This document shows, one piece after another, positions 1 through 9,844 of a DNA stretch of 64,000 bases. The notes under the pieces were generated by a model, which had not been told where the DNA came from, did not search any database, and was given only the letters and a program-made list of their open reading frames with translations. Source of the DNA: a virus; IMG/VR virus record IMGVR_UViG_3300027822_000001, positions 1-64,000 of that record. One strand, written 5' to 3'. The translations under genes and the position numbers were made by a program. Each line of letters opens with the position of its first letter. The stretch's first letter is position 1.

Positions 1-1103
1 ACGGAATTAAAACAAGCCCAATAAAAGTTAAAACTACTGATTTTAGTGGTTATGGTTTGAATACTTATACTAGAAGCGATGGAAATGATGATTTAGAAGT
101 TGATGTTCCAAATCTTGTAGGAGATGGCATGTATTCTTATCTTACTGGAAGTCCTGCTGATGGTGAAGATGATTATATATTTAATGTAAAAGTAGCTAAC
201 TTATTTGAAGCTACTAATGGACTTCAAACAGTTGTTGGAGTAGATGGCTTTAATGATATGGCTGTTCTTTCTGGAAAAGGTATAGCAGTTGATGCTAATG
301 GAGTAAATGCTGATGTTGATAATACATCAATGTATACTGATGGAAGTGATAAAATATCTATTAAAAATGGTACTTCGGGTAGTGATGGTGTATTAGCTAA
401 ACATTTAAACAGTGATACGGTAAATGAAGATAAAGGATTAGAATTGGATAACACAACTGGTATTGCAGTTAAATTGTCTCCTACTGCTCCACAACCATTA
501 GACTTTGATAACACAGGATTATTTATAAAAGAAGATGGAGTTCATGGTTTTCATCTTAACAAGGATGTTATTGATGAAGCTGGTGGCTTAACATATGATG
601 ATATTGCCGATACAATACAATCTAAAGTAACTGTCGGTGGTGGCTTACAAATCGTAGCTACTGGGTTACAAATAGATACTGGAGATTTAAGCTGGATGAA
701 TAATGCAGTTGTTAAGAAAGTAGAAGTTTGGGATTATTCAGGACACACAAACTTTGGAGATATACATGGAGATATTGCTATAGAAGGAGATGTGTCTAGT
801 GATACATATATGCAGATAAAACTTTCTTTAGTAGGCAATACAATAACAATAGCACCAGAAACAAACTTAGGAGCATTGACAGCACTTATTACAGCTACAG
901 CTCCTTCAGCAGTAACATCATTACCATGGACTAGTATAACAGGCAAACCTACTGATAGGGTTATTGAAGATACTGTTTATGGAGGTAATATGAAAATAAC
1001 AGATAATGGTTTATTCTTACAAGCACCCAATGGTGATTGGGGTAAACTTATTATTGTGGATGATAACTTTAGTCTAGGAATTGATGAGACAGCGACTCCA
1101 TAA
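1..1103 (+). CDS. Tail fibre/structural protein, 5'-truncated
   Basis: Frame is open from position 3, so the gene starts before the window. It is D/G/T-rich with beta-repeat-like GL.xD motifs, a WTSITGKP fibre motif and a C-terminal LxAPNGxW motif. Confidence 0.6.
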   Translation, partial: GIKTSPIKVKTTDFSGYGLNTYTRSDGNDDLEVDVPNLVGDGMYSYLTGSPADGEDDYIFNVKVANLFEATNGLQTVVGVDGFNDMAVLSGKGIAVDANGVNADVDNTSMYTDGSDKISIKNGTSGSDGVLAKHLNSDTVNEDKGLELDNTTGIAVKLSPTAPQPLDFDNTGLFIKEDGVHGFHLNKDVIDEAGGLTYDDIADTIQSKVTVGGGLQIVATGLQIDTGDLSWMNNAVVKKVEVWDYSGHTNFGDIHGDIAIEGDVSSDTYMQIKLSLVGNTITIAPETNLGALTALITATAPSAVTSLPWTSITGKPTDRVIEDTVYGGNMKITDNGLFLQAPNGDWGKLIIVDDNFSLGIDETATP

Positions 1104-1491
1104 GGGCAGTAAAGACGCTCAACCTAAAGTACATCTTTTTGAAAAGCTTGATACTTTTTCTGACAAACTAACTATAATGGTTATAGGTAGTAAGGGAGAG
1201 AAGTATCAAGCTTCTTTTATAGATATAAAAGAATATTTATTAAGAGAAATACTTAAGGATTTAGAGAATGTAAAGAAGAAAGTTTCTGAAACAAAGGTTA
1301 CTAAAACTAATTTGCTTAAAGCTTTTGCTAAAGATAGTGATATTAGTTTAGGTAAACCTTATAATATAATGTCAAGTAACGGTATTGAAAAGAAAGGTAA
1401 GAATGGAGTTATCTATAGCGATGACAATCAAGTTAGAGTTAATCTAGGAGGTACTTGGCATACAATATTTGATAAGAATGGCATTCATTGA
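1081..1491 (+). CDS. Hypothetical virion-module protein
   Basis: ORF overlapping both neighbours in the tail cluster; no motif recognised. Confidence 0.5.
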   Translation: MMRQRLHKGSKDAQPKVHLFEKLDTFSDKLTIMVIGSKGEKYQASFIDIKEYLLREILKDLENVKKKVSETKVTKTNLLKAFAKDSDISLGKPYNIMSSNGIEKKGKNGVIYSDDNQVRVNLGGTWHTIFDKNGIH

Positions 1492-3511
1492 CAATTATGC
1501 ATTTAATATTGAGAATCCACAGAAATTAGAGATACTGTGGAGTCCAGATATAGTTTGGGATTATGATAATGACGGATATCCCTCAGGAAATGAAACTTTA
1601 TTTGATTGGAAAGCAGAGTTTATGCCTTACTACACATCTCCAGATGGTTTTACTGTCTATCATGTGTGGATGAAGTATAAGGTTGGAGATAAAGGAAGTT
1701 GGTCTTTACCAATGAGAGTTAACTATCCAACAGTTGTTAAAGGAGAAAAAGGAGATAAAGGAGCCTATGGAGAACAAGGAACTAGAGGGCAAAGAGGTGC
1801 TGTTGGTAAAGGAATTGATATTCAATATGCAGATGAATATTATAATATAGTTCCATCAAATAGTTCTGCTTCAATGTATGTAAGATTTAGAATTGAAGGT
1901 GAGAATTGGAGTGTTTGGTTAAAAGCAATTGGAACTGATGGAGTTGATGGAGCTGATGGAATTGGCACTGGAGGTACTGGTGTTCCTTCGGGAGGCACTG
2001 ATGGGCAGGTTCTATCTAAAACAGCATTAAGTTATGCTTGGATTGATAAAGTTGATATATATAACAATTCTGACGCTATTTTAGCGATGGGGGTTAAAGA
2101 TGATACTAATTCATTAAATCATGATAAATATACTGATGGGGAAGCTGTTACTGCTATGGGAGTTAAAGGAGATAGTAATCCATTAAATCATGATAGGTAC
2201 ACAGGAGCTGAAGTATTGGCTTTATTCTCTGCTACATCTCCAATAGATATATTAGCTGGAACTATAAGTCATAAAGACACTGATGGAAATAAGCATATTC
2301 CAGCAAGTGGAACACAAGAGTACTCTATAACATTAGATGGCAGTGGAAACTTAGTATGGAAAGATGCTTTGTGGATGAGTGATTTAGATGATACTGCAAT
2401 ATTAGGAGCTACTGATAAATTATATAGTGCAAATAAGATACTAACTCTTTTTGCTGGATTACAATCTTATGGTATACGTTATGTATGGACTGATGCAGTA
2501 GCAAGAGCAGCCGAGGTTGGAATGAGTGCTGATGACTTAGGGGTGCAAGATGATACTAGAGATGTGTATAAGTATAGTGGGATTGCTTGGGAAGTGTTCT
2601 TTAACTTGGATGCAATACATAATCATGATGACTTATACTTTACTAAAAGTCAAGTAACAACTATGCTAGCAGATTACTATACTAAAGTAGCATTACAAGG
2701 TGATGGAACAGCTCAAGTACATTGGAATAATGTGACTAATGTTCCTTCTTTCATTCAGCTTACAGGTATATCAGCAACATCTCCTATATTATATGATGAT
2801 ACTACAGGGGTTATATCACATGCTACAAGTATGATTGGAGTTACTACTAATACATCCTTTGTGGTTCTAAATAGAGTCATTGATGATGGTTTTGGACATT
2901 TAGCAGGTATAGAAAAAATAGATTTAGAAACTTCTGGAAAACATATGATTGTTGATGGTGATGGATTGCAAGTAGTTAAGCATACTTCTGGGGGAGATGT
3001 TACTACTAACTATTATAATCCTTTTGATGATAGTATTAGCTATGAGCTAGCATTATTATTTGCTGGTTCTAGCGGAAACTATGGTACTAGTAATAAAGCA
3101 GCTAGGTCAGACCATAAACATTCTGACAAGAATTTGAGAATAACAGTTACAGATAGTCTTATTGGAGCTGATTTTGATTTAGACTTTGTAAATGGAATAC
3201 TTAACAACTATTCTTTAGTTTCAGCTGGACCAGTTGGTACAATAGGAACAGACGACTTTAATGGAGATTTGGGTAGTATAATAGCTGTAACAACTAAATG
3301 GTATGTAGGAACATCTACTGATACATCATGGTCAATTGTTCATATTAATGGAAATGATAACTGCTCATTTGAACGTTCTTCTGGAATTTATGAATCAAAT
3401 GCAAATCATATTGAACTTGTGGGAGACCCTGACTCTGAGGGTACTTATAATTTAGTATCTCATCCTTCAGAGACTGTTTTAGATGTATTACATGTAATTG
3501 TAAATCCGTAA
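1478..3511 (+). CDS. Tail fibre protein with collagen-like GXY segment
   Basis: GEKGDKGAYGEQGTRGQRGAVG; GVPSGGTDGQVLSK; HNHDDLYFTK and AARSDHKH fibre motifs; VHWNNVTNVP. ATG at 1478 preferred over TTG at 1469. Confidence 0.75.
   Translation: MAFIDNYAFNIENPQKLEILWSPDIVWDYDNDGYPSGNETLFDWKAEFMPYYTSPDGFTVYHVWMKYKVGDKGSWSLPMRVNYPTVVKGEKGDKGAYGEQGTRGQRGAVGKGIDIQYADEYYNIVPSNSSASMYVRFRIEGENWSVWLKAIGTDGVDGADGIGTGGTGVPSGGTDGQVLSKTALSYAWIDKVDIYNNSDAILAMGVKDDTNSLNHDKYTDGEAVTAMGVKGDSNPLNHDRYTGAEVLALFSATSPIDILAGTISHKDTDGNKHIPASGTQEYSITLDGSGNLVWKDALWMSDLDDTAILGATDKLYSANKILTLFAGLQSYGIRYVWTDAVARAAEVGMSADDLGVQDDTRDVYKYSGIAWEVFFNLDAIHNHDDLYFTKSQVTTMLADYYTKVALQGDGTAQVHWNNVTNVPSFIQLTGISATSPILYDDTTGVISHATSMIGVTTNTSFVVLNRVIDDGFGHLAGIEKIDLETSGKHMIVDGDGLQVVKHTSGGDVTTNYYNPFDDSISYELALLFAGSSGNYGTSNKAARSDHKHSDKNLRITVTDSLIGADFDLDFVNGILNNYSLVSAGPVGTIGTDDFNGDLGSIIAVTTKWYVGTSTDTSWSIVHINGNDNCSFERSSGIYESNANHIELVGDPDSEGTYNLVSHPSETVLDVLHVIVNP
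2075..2212 (+). repeat. 69-nt (23-aa) in-frame tandem duplication in tail fibre
   Basis: AILAMGVKDDTNSLNHDKYTDGE / AVTAMGVKGDSNPLNHDRYTGAE. Confidence 0.85.
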
Positions 3512-3570
3512 TTGATAACTAATACTATCTAAAAATTAGTATATAATACTATAAATTACAATAACTTAAT

Positions 3571-3604
3571 AGCTACTTTTTATTCATATAGAAAGTAGCT
3601 TTTA
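3571..3604 (+). terminator. Putative intrinsic terminator
   Basis: AGCTACTTT...AAAGTAGCT stem followed by TTT, in the gap after the tail fibre gene. Confidence 0.5.
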
Positions 3605-3634
3605 AAGTTATTATATTAAAATAAAAAAGAATAA

Positions 3635-4501
3635 ATGAAAGCAGACATAGCAATAGCTAAGATATTAAAGTTTATAGACCATGCTCTCAAGGGAAGTTTA
3701 GTTGTAACTTCAGTAGGAAGCAGTACTACTACTGAAACTAATAGTGCTGCTATCTTAGCTGAATTGGGAACTGTAGATAGCTCTATAAATAACATAAAAA
3801 GCACTCCAACTATAATGGCAACACACTGGAGTCCTACTGATTTTACAGCAGCATATACAAGTATTGATACTATTATATTATCAGGGCATCAAGACTTGTC
3901 CGATTCTTCACAAATTAGAGGAATCAAAGTAGTGAGAGCAGATAATACCTCAGAGATATTAGTTAATGGGGCAGGAGTTACAATGACTTATTTAGCTAAT
4001 GTAATAACTGTAGTAGGGTTAACAACTAACTTTAGTATAACAGATGTATTTGAAGTTGGTATTAATTATCAAGATAAGGCATATGATTCTGAATTAGATA
4101 CAGAAAAAAATGTGGTACAGAATCCATTATGGAAAAGATATACTCAAAAAGAACCATTAGTAACGGCACAGGATTTAACGGCAGCTTATGCAAACGTTGG
4201 CAGCTTAATTGATATGCAAGGCTACGGTAATTTAGTTATTGCGGTAACACGAGATATAAATGACAGCGAAGATGTATTATTAAAAGCTCTCGGAGAAATT
4301 GAATCAGGCGGTACTTTAAATGCCGAAATTGACGGGCTTAGTGAAAAAACATTATGGACAACCACGGCAGCAAGTGCAGACGGAACAACTATTTATACTT
4401 TTGAAACAGACGGAATACCTTATATACAGCTACAAGCAATAGCAGGAACATTAGGTGCTATGGCAGGTGATTTGACTATAAGTATTATAAAAAAATACTA
4501 A
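3635..4501 (+). CDS. Putative virion structural/fibre-associated protein
   Basis: T/S/A-rich beta-type composition within the tail cluster. Confidence 0.5.
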   Translation: MKADIAIAKILKFIDHALKGSLVVTSVGSSTTTETNSAAILAELGTVDSSINNIKSTPTIMATHWSPTDFTAAYTSIDTIILSGHQDLSDSSQIRGIKVVRADNTSEILVNGAGVTMTYLANVITVVGLTTNFSITDVFEVGINYQDKAYDSELDTEKNVVQNPLWKRYTQKEPLVTAQDLTAAYANVGSLIDMQGYGNLVIAVTRDINDSEDVLLKALGEIESGGTLNAEIDGLSEKTLWTTTAASADGTTIYTFETDGIPYIQLQAIAGTLGAMAGDLTISIIKKY

Positions 4502-4505
4502 TATT

Positions 4506-5120
4506 ATGGCAGGATTTAAAAACGGAAATAAGCAAGTAAATGAAATAGAATTTTTCGAAGAGAATCCTATAAAAATGAACGATACTGTTTGGAGAGATAT
4601 ATATGGTAGGGTTATTTCTAAGAATTTAGATACAGCAACAGGACATTGGGATTGGAATAGTGGCTATTTCAGAGCAGATGATTCTGCAAATGTTTCAAAT
4701 GATGACCATGCTCTTTATATTCTCACACAACTTAATCATTTTGTAGACTACAGAGCAGGCTCATACACTTCTTTGCACATACATTGGAAACAAGAACAAG
4801 ACCCTGCAAGTTATAAGCCTGCTTGGAAACTATAATATAAAATAATTGATTCAGGTGGAGAAGTTCCTACTTTTTGGACAGATGGTTCTGTTCTTGAAGA
4901 AAGTGCTTTTCCTTATAACAATGCAGGAAAGCAAGACCAAATCACAACTTTTAATCATATTGATATAGAAGGATTAAATGTGTCGAGTAGAATACTGTTT
5001 AAGTTGTGGAGAGATGGCACAAACGTATTAGATACATATCAACAATACTTATATTGTAGCGATTTTGATATTCATGTTCCTGTTTATATACAAGGAAGTA
5101 AAGAAGAAATAATAAGATAA
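4506..5120 (+). pseudogene. Phage structural-type gene interrupted by one in-frame TAA (4833-4835)
   Basis: Frame continues after WKL* as YKIIDSGGEVPTFW...DFDIHVPVYIQGSKEEIIR* to 5120, exactly filling the gap to the next gene. Confidence 0.75.
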
Positions 5121-5146
5121 TTATTAACCAAAAAAAATAAAATAAT

Positions 5147-5524
5147 ATGTTTAAAATAAATATTAGTAACCATCCTAATTTTCCTGATATTACAAGGAAA
5201 GCTGAAATGATTGCCTTAACACAAGACAGCCAAAAAGGTAAAATTACAATGGAAGTTCAAATTGAACACTACTTAAATGATTTACCTTTTACCGAATACA
5301 ACAGACCGATAAAATTGTTGTTAAACAACACAGCACAATATCCTACCGGAGAAATGGATGCCGAAGGTAATCCCGTAACAATAGGAGACTATGATTATTT
5401 CACGATGCAGGCAGAAGCAGGAGCATCACTTAAGTCTTTGGTAGAAGGCGGTGTTATGCAAGTGGATAGTACAAAGGTATTAGATATTAAGTGTGCCTAT
5501 AAAGATGTACCTGAAGTAATTTAG
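5147..5524 (+). CDS. Hypothetical protein (possible fibre chaperone)
   Basis: 125-aa ORF with an A-rich leader, next to the adhesin genes. Confidence 0.6.
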   Translation: MFKINISNHPNFPDITRKAEMIALTQDSQKGKITMEVQIEHYLNDLPFTEYNRPIKLLLNNTAQYPTGEMDAEGNPVTIGDYDYFTMQAEAGASLKSLVEGGVMQVDSTKVLDIKCAYKDVPEVI

Positions 5525-5529
5525 AGGTT

Positions 5530-6759
5530 ATGGCTAAAGAGAGCTTATACGGTATAGATAAGAATCTTATATTCAGAGAAACTTTTAATAGTGAACAAGC
5601 TGTAAGAAATAATGGTGGTGTGCCTGTTGATGTAGATTTTAGTGAGGGTGTTGGTAGTTTTAATGGGAGTAGTAGTATTATTGACTTTGGGAATAAATTT
5701 GAAACTTTATTAGACAATGAATATTCTTTTAGAGCTATTGTTAAGCCTAACATAGATGATGGAATTGTTATTTATCTAAGTAACACTACAATTCAAAGTA
5801 GCATAACTATAAGACTTGATACAAATTGTATAGGTTTTTCAAGGGCAGGTGTAAACAGAGTAATGCTTCTTTCTGATTTAGATATTGCAACAAAACATGA
5901 AATAATAGGTATTTATGATGGTAGCGGTATTAAATGTTATATAGATAATATCAAAGTTATGCTAAATATATCTACTTGGTCTTCTATGGGTGACCAAAAA
6001 AAATTAATAATAGGAGATAGAGCAGTTAGTAATTCAAAAGAATACAATGGCACAATAGACCTAATAGAAATCTACAACAAAGCCCTAACAGCCGAAGAAG
6101 TTTCAAACTTATACAACAAAACAACACATCGAGCATTAAATCATGCAAATAAAATATTAAGTGTGAATACGTTGGGTGGTGTTATTAAAGATAAAGCAAG
6201 TAATCCTTTAACAAACACAAATGTTGAAGTGTTTAAAGCAGGACAATTTCCAAGTATGAAGTTTAATGGTGTTGATAGTATGATTGATACAGGTAGTGAT
6301 ATGATAGGTACGAAAGCTGTTACTGTTTTTGGGTGGATAAAACTGCATAGCTCTGGAGAAAATATAACAGGAAGAATTATAGACAACGGAAAGACTTATT
6401 TCTATATATATGGAACTACTATGAAATTATTTTTTTCAAGTAACTACTCCACTCCAGTAAGTTCAAATAATTATTCAATAAAATTAAATAAAGAACAATT
6501 TATAGTAGCAACAAGAAAAGCTGATGGTAAAGCATCCCTTTATATCGGAGATAAAAGCAATACACCTGTATTAAGTGGATTAACAGACCGAGATAGTGGA
6601 ACTCCGGAAATAGGAACAACAAATGTAATCATAGGTAATAGTGCAGACCAAACAAGAACTTTTGACGGCTTAATAAATCAACTAACAGTAGTAGAAGGCA
6701 TCCTAATACCTGAACAAATAACTCAAGCATGGTCAAGCACTAAACAATATATAGAATAA
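5530..6759 (+). CDS. Tandem LamG/concanavalin A-like lectin domain protein (receptor-binding candidate)
   Basis: FNGSSSIIDFG...LIIGD...YNGTIDLIEIYNKALTAEEVSNLY and FNGVDSMIDTG...VIIGN...FDGLINQL signatures. Confidence 0.8.
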   Translation: MAKESLYGIDKNLIFRETFNSEQAVRNNGGVPVDVDFSEGVGSFNGSSSIIDFGNKFETLLDNEYSFRAIVKPNIDDGIVIYLSNTTIQSSITIRLDTNCIGFSRAGVNRVMLLSDLDIATKHEIIGIYDGSGIKCYIDNIKVMLNISTWSSMGDQKKLIIGDRAVSNSKEYNGTIDLIEIYNKALTAEEVSNLYNKTTHRALNHANKILSVNTLGGVIKDKASNPLTNTNVEVFKAGQFPSMKFNGVDSMIDTGSDMIGTKAVTVFGWIKLHSSGENITGRIIDNGKTYFYIYGTTMKLFFSSNYSTPVSSNNYSIKLNKEQFIVATRKADGKASLYIGDKSNTPVLSGLTDRDSGTPEIGTTNVIIGNSADQTRTFDGLINQLTVVEGILIPEQITQAWSSTKQYIE

Positions 6760-6764
6760 ATACA

Positions 6765-7166
6765 ATGAAAAAACTAATAACAATAGTAATAACATTGATG
6801 CTGTTCACACTAAACATGACAGCACAGACAGAAAATAACATATTCCAGCAAGACAAGGTAGCTCACTTCTCATGTGGCTATTTAATTAGTTCTTATACTA
6901 ACATACAAACCTATGAGCTATTAAGTTTCACACAAATGAACACTAAAACAGCCAAGGCAGTAAGTTTAATTACAGGAGTAGGAATGGGTGTGTTGGCAGG
7001 ACATTTAAAAGAAACATATGACAGAAGGCATGGAGGTACTTATAATATGGCAGACTTGAGAGCAACAATATATGGTAGCATAGCAGGAAGCATAACTATA
7101 AGATTAATACTATGGAATAGCTTTCCAAGAAGTAAACTTCCTGACGATGTATTTATTAACTATTAA
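6765..7166 (+). CDS. YfiM/DUF2279-like (VanZ-like) exported membrane protein
   Basis: Signal peptide, DKVAHF..G, hydrophobic helix, KETYD..GG...DLRAT..GS. Confidence 0.65.
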   Translation: MKKLITIVITLMLFTLNMTAQTENNIFQQDKVAHFSCGYLISSYTNIQTYELLSFTQMNTKTAKAVSLITGVGMGVLAGHLKETYDRRHGGTYNMADLRATIYGSIAGSITIRLILWNSFPRSKLPDDVFINY

Positions 7167-7178
7167 ACATGAAATAAG

Positions 7179-8762
7179 ATGGCAAAAGTATTCGATTGGA
7201 AAGCAGGCAGTTTAATAGATAAAGTAAGCGGTAATTTACTTACTAATAACGGTGTTGTATTTAAGCAGACAGAAAAAGGGATGGCTGGGTATTTTGATAA
7301 CGGAAATTCTTTAACTCTTACAGGATTAAATTTAAATGTAATTAATTTTCTTAGCAATGTTAAAGGAATAGGAACTTTAAGAATAGCTGTCGGAGCAAAT
7401 AATACAGATATAATATTAACAGACAATTTATGGAAACAAGTTAAAAATACAGTATCTTATACATCTGAAACATCAATAACAATAAGTTGTATATCAGGTA
7501 ATATATATTTACAAGTAATAACTTTATTTGATACAACTTTAACAACACAAGAAATAAACAACGAATACAAAGACTTCCTAAACTCACAACCCTTAGCGAC
7601 AACAAAATTTAACTTTGATTACAGCTCTTTAAAACCGACAGATTTAAGTAATGAAGATGGTTTAATAGCTGCCTATAATTTTAAAGATGTAACTGATATT
7701 AGTTCAAAGGGGCATAACGGTACAAATATTGGGCATCCTTTAAGAACAAATGAAGGAATAAAGTATAACGGAGTTGATGATAAAACAAGTTTTGGAGATA
7801 TAGGAAATGTAAAATCAGTAGCATTTAGGATTAAACTAAATTCGGATACAGAAACGATATTAGAGGGAGCTGCAAATGATAAACTTATATATGCAAGTTC
7901 AGGAACGTTAAGTTACCCCGATTTTGACAGTGCTTATGTTAACGGAGTAACTTCAAATATAATAGTTGAAGGATTGTGGTTAAATGTTTTTATTACTAGC
8001 AGTACAGATGTCAATATGTCAGTTTTAACATTAGCTCTTAATAATACAAGTTGCGGAAAGTTTGAAATAGCTTATTTACGCTTTTATACAACCGAAAAAG
8101 ATATTAATTTTATAAGAAACTACCACAACCAATACGCCAAACAAGTAACATTTATTGATAACTTTATATATGAACCTGCCGACGGTACTAATATTGTACC
8201 TCAAGATTGGATAGCAGGAACAGGAGATTATAAAATTAGTGAGTTAATAGCAGATGACGTAGTATTACCGCACTTAAAGAAAGGTACTAAAATGTTAGAG
8301 TGTGTAAATACAGGTACAATAGCATTTCCGAGTAAGCAAGTTTATGGCACATGGGAATTTGATGTAAGCAGCAGTTCTCTTATTGTGTGCTATTTTATAA
8401 ATAATAATATTGACATTAATAACGGATATGCAATAACTTTAGAAACAAACAGATATTACACAATTACACTTTCAAAAGTAGTATCAGGAGTACACAATAT
8501 TTTATTTAAAACAGCAAATAATTATATTAGTGCAAATGTAAACTACCGCATTAAAATAACTTCATCATTAATTGGAAAATTTACAGTATATATTAAAGGT
8601 GGTACATTTGGAGATAATTATGTATTAGTATATGTAATAGGTGGTAGTGGCACAAATCCTGTAACAAGTGCTACATATAAAGTTTCTAATTTTACAATAT
8701 TATCTCTTTATCCAGGAAGTCAAGTAACAAACATCAAGTACACAAAAGGAATAGAACAATGA
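7179..8762 (+). CDS. Multi-domain LamG-like protein
   Basis: GLIAAYNF..DISSKGHNGT, YNGVDD, LFDTTLTTQEI. Confidence 0.7.
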   Translation: MAKVFDWKAGSLIDKVSGNLLTNNGVVFKQTEKGMAGYFDNGNSLTLTGLNLNVINFLSNVKGIGTLRIAVGANNTDIILTDNLWKQVKNTVSYTSETSITISCISGNIYLQVITLFDTTLTTQEINNEYKDFLNSQPLATTKFNFDYSSLKPTDLSNEDGLIAAYNFKDVTDISSKGHNGTNIGHPLRTNEGIKYNGVDDKTSFGDIGNVKSVAFRIKLNSDTETILEGAANDKLIYASSGTLSYPDFDSAYVNGVTSNIIVEGLWLNVFITSSTDVNMSVLTLALNNTSCGKFEIAYLRFYTTEKDINFIRNYHNQYAKQVTFIDNFIYEPADGTNIVPQDWIAGTGDYKISELIADDVVLPHLKKGTKMLECVNTGTIAFPSKQVYGTWEFDVSSSSLIVCYFINNNIDINNGYAITLETNRYYTITLSKVVSGVHNILFKTANNYISANVNYRIKITSSLIGKFTVYIKGGTFGDNYVLVYVIGGSGTNPVTSATYKVSNFTILSLYPGSQVTNIKYTKGIEQ

Positions 8763-8876
8763 TAAAAATAAGTGAAATAAAAGATTTTGACTTATTCTTG
8801 TTCTACCCTTTACTAAGAGAATATAACAGAATTATAGTTTAACTACTATAAATTCTATAATATATAAAATAAATTA

Positions 8877-9425
8877 ATGAAAGAAGGAAACTTAATATCT
8901 CTTACAAGAAGATATAAAAAGCCCAACTATAGAATTTTTATCTCTTATATGATAGCGAAGCTTACAAAAAGAAAAGGACAGCCTATAGATAAAGTTAAGG
9001 TACATTCAGCAATCATATATAAAAGAGATGGAATATTTATGGTAAGAGAGATGGAAAAAGATGGAGATTCACACCAAACATTAGAAGACTACTTAATAGA
9101 GTATAAAGATAGAGTTGAAATTAAAGAACATCCATACAGTTTCAAACCTGAAGAACTAGCTACATTTAATTACTTATGTAGATACCTTAAAGTTACCTAT
9201 GATTATAGAAATACATTCTTATGGCAGGTTGTTAAATACTTTACAGGAAAATTTCTAGGTAAACAAACAATGTATTCTAGAATGTGTGCAGAGGACTTTC
9301 AAGACCAATTTAATGTACTAAAGTATGGATACTTTAAGACCCCAGAAATTACAAATCCTAATGAGGTTCATTCTTTAGTTAAAGAGTGGAAGATTATTTA
9401 CATTAATAATCATTATGTTAATTAA
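8877..9425 (+). CDS. Permuted papain-like NlpC/P60 (YaeF/YiiX-type) protein
   Basis: HSAII in the N-terminal part, YDY, and MCAE: His precedes Cys as in circularly permuted NlpC/P60. Confidence 0.65.
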   Translation: MKEGNLISLTRRYKKPNYRIFISYMIAKLTKRKGQPIDKVKVHSAIIYKRDGIFMVREMEKDGDSHQTLEDYLIEYKDRVEIKEHPYSFKPEELATFNYLCRYLKVTYDYRNTFLWQVVKYFTGKFLGKQTMYSRMCAEDFQDQFNVLKYGYFKTPEITNPNEVHSLVKEWKIIYINNHYVN

Positions 9426-9837
9426 CTATTTATTATTAGTTTCATTTCTTATTATAAACATATTTGATGCAATCGGAGATGGAATACGTTATTTAATAGA
9501 AATAAAAAAAGAACCAATAGCAGGTTGGAAGTATAAGTTATTTGAAGCTTTAGCATTAATATTAGCTTTCTCAACTTTTGCTTTTATACCAGCATTGAAT
9601 ACTACTCAATTTTTATTGCTATCTATTGCTTTCATACTAATAAGATACTTCTCTTTTGATTTCACATTTCTAATAGTTACTAATAGAAAGTTGAGAGATT
9701 TTGGAAATACTTCTTTAGTAGATAAAATACAAAAGTGGATGTTTAACTCTCCTTTTGGAGTTGTTATTATGATTAGTGTTAAAGTTTTATCTTTAGTACT
9801 TTCAATGATTCTTCTTTTAGATATTATACAATTTTAA
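9415..9837 (+). CDS. Multi-pass membrane protein
   Basis: About four hydrophobic segments. Confidence 0.6.
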   Translation: MLINYLLLVSFLIINIFDAIGDGIRYLIEIKKEPIAGWKYKLFEALALILAFSTFAFIPALNTTQFLLLSIAFILIRYFSFDFTFLIVTNRKLRDFGNTSLVDKIQKWMFNSPFGVVIMISVKVLSLVLSMILLLDIIQF

Positions 9838-9844
9838 AATTTAT

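Noticed and set aside
5530-8762. Classical diversity-generating retroelement targeting the LamG genes
   Set aside because: No reverse transcriptase and no TR/VR near-duplicate differing at adenines seen in the window.
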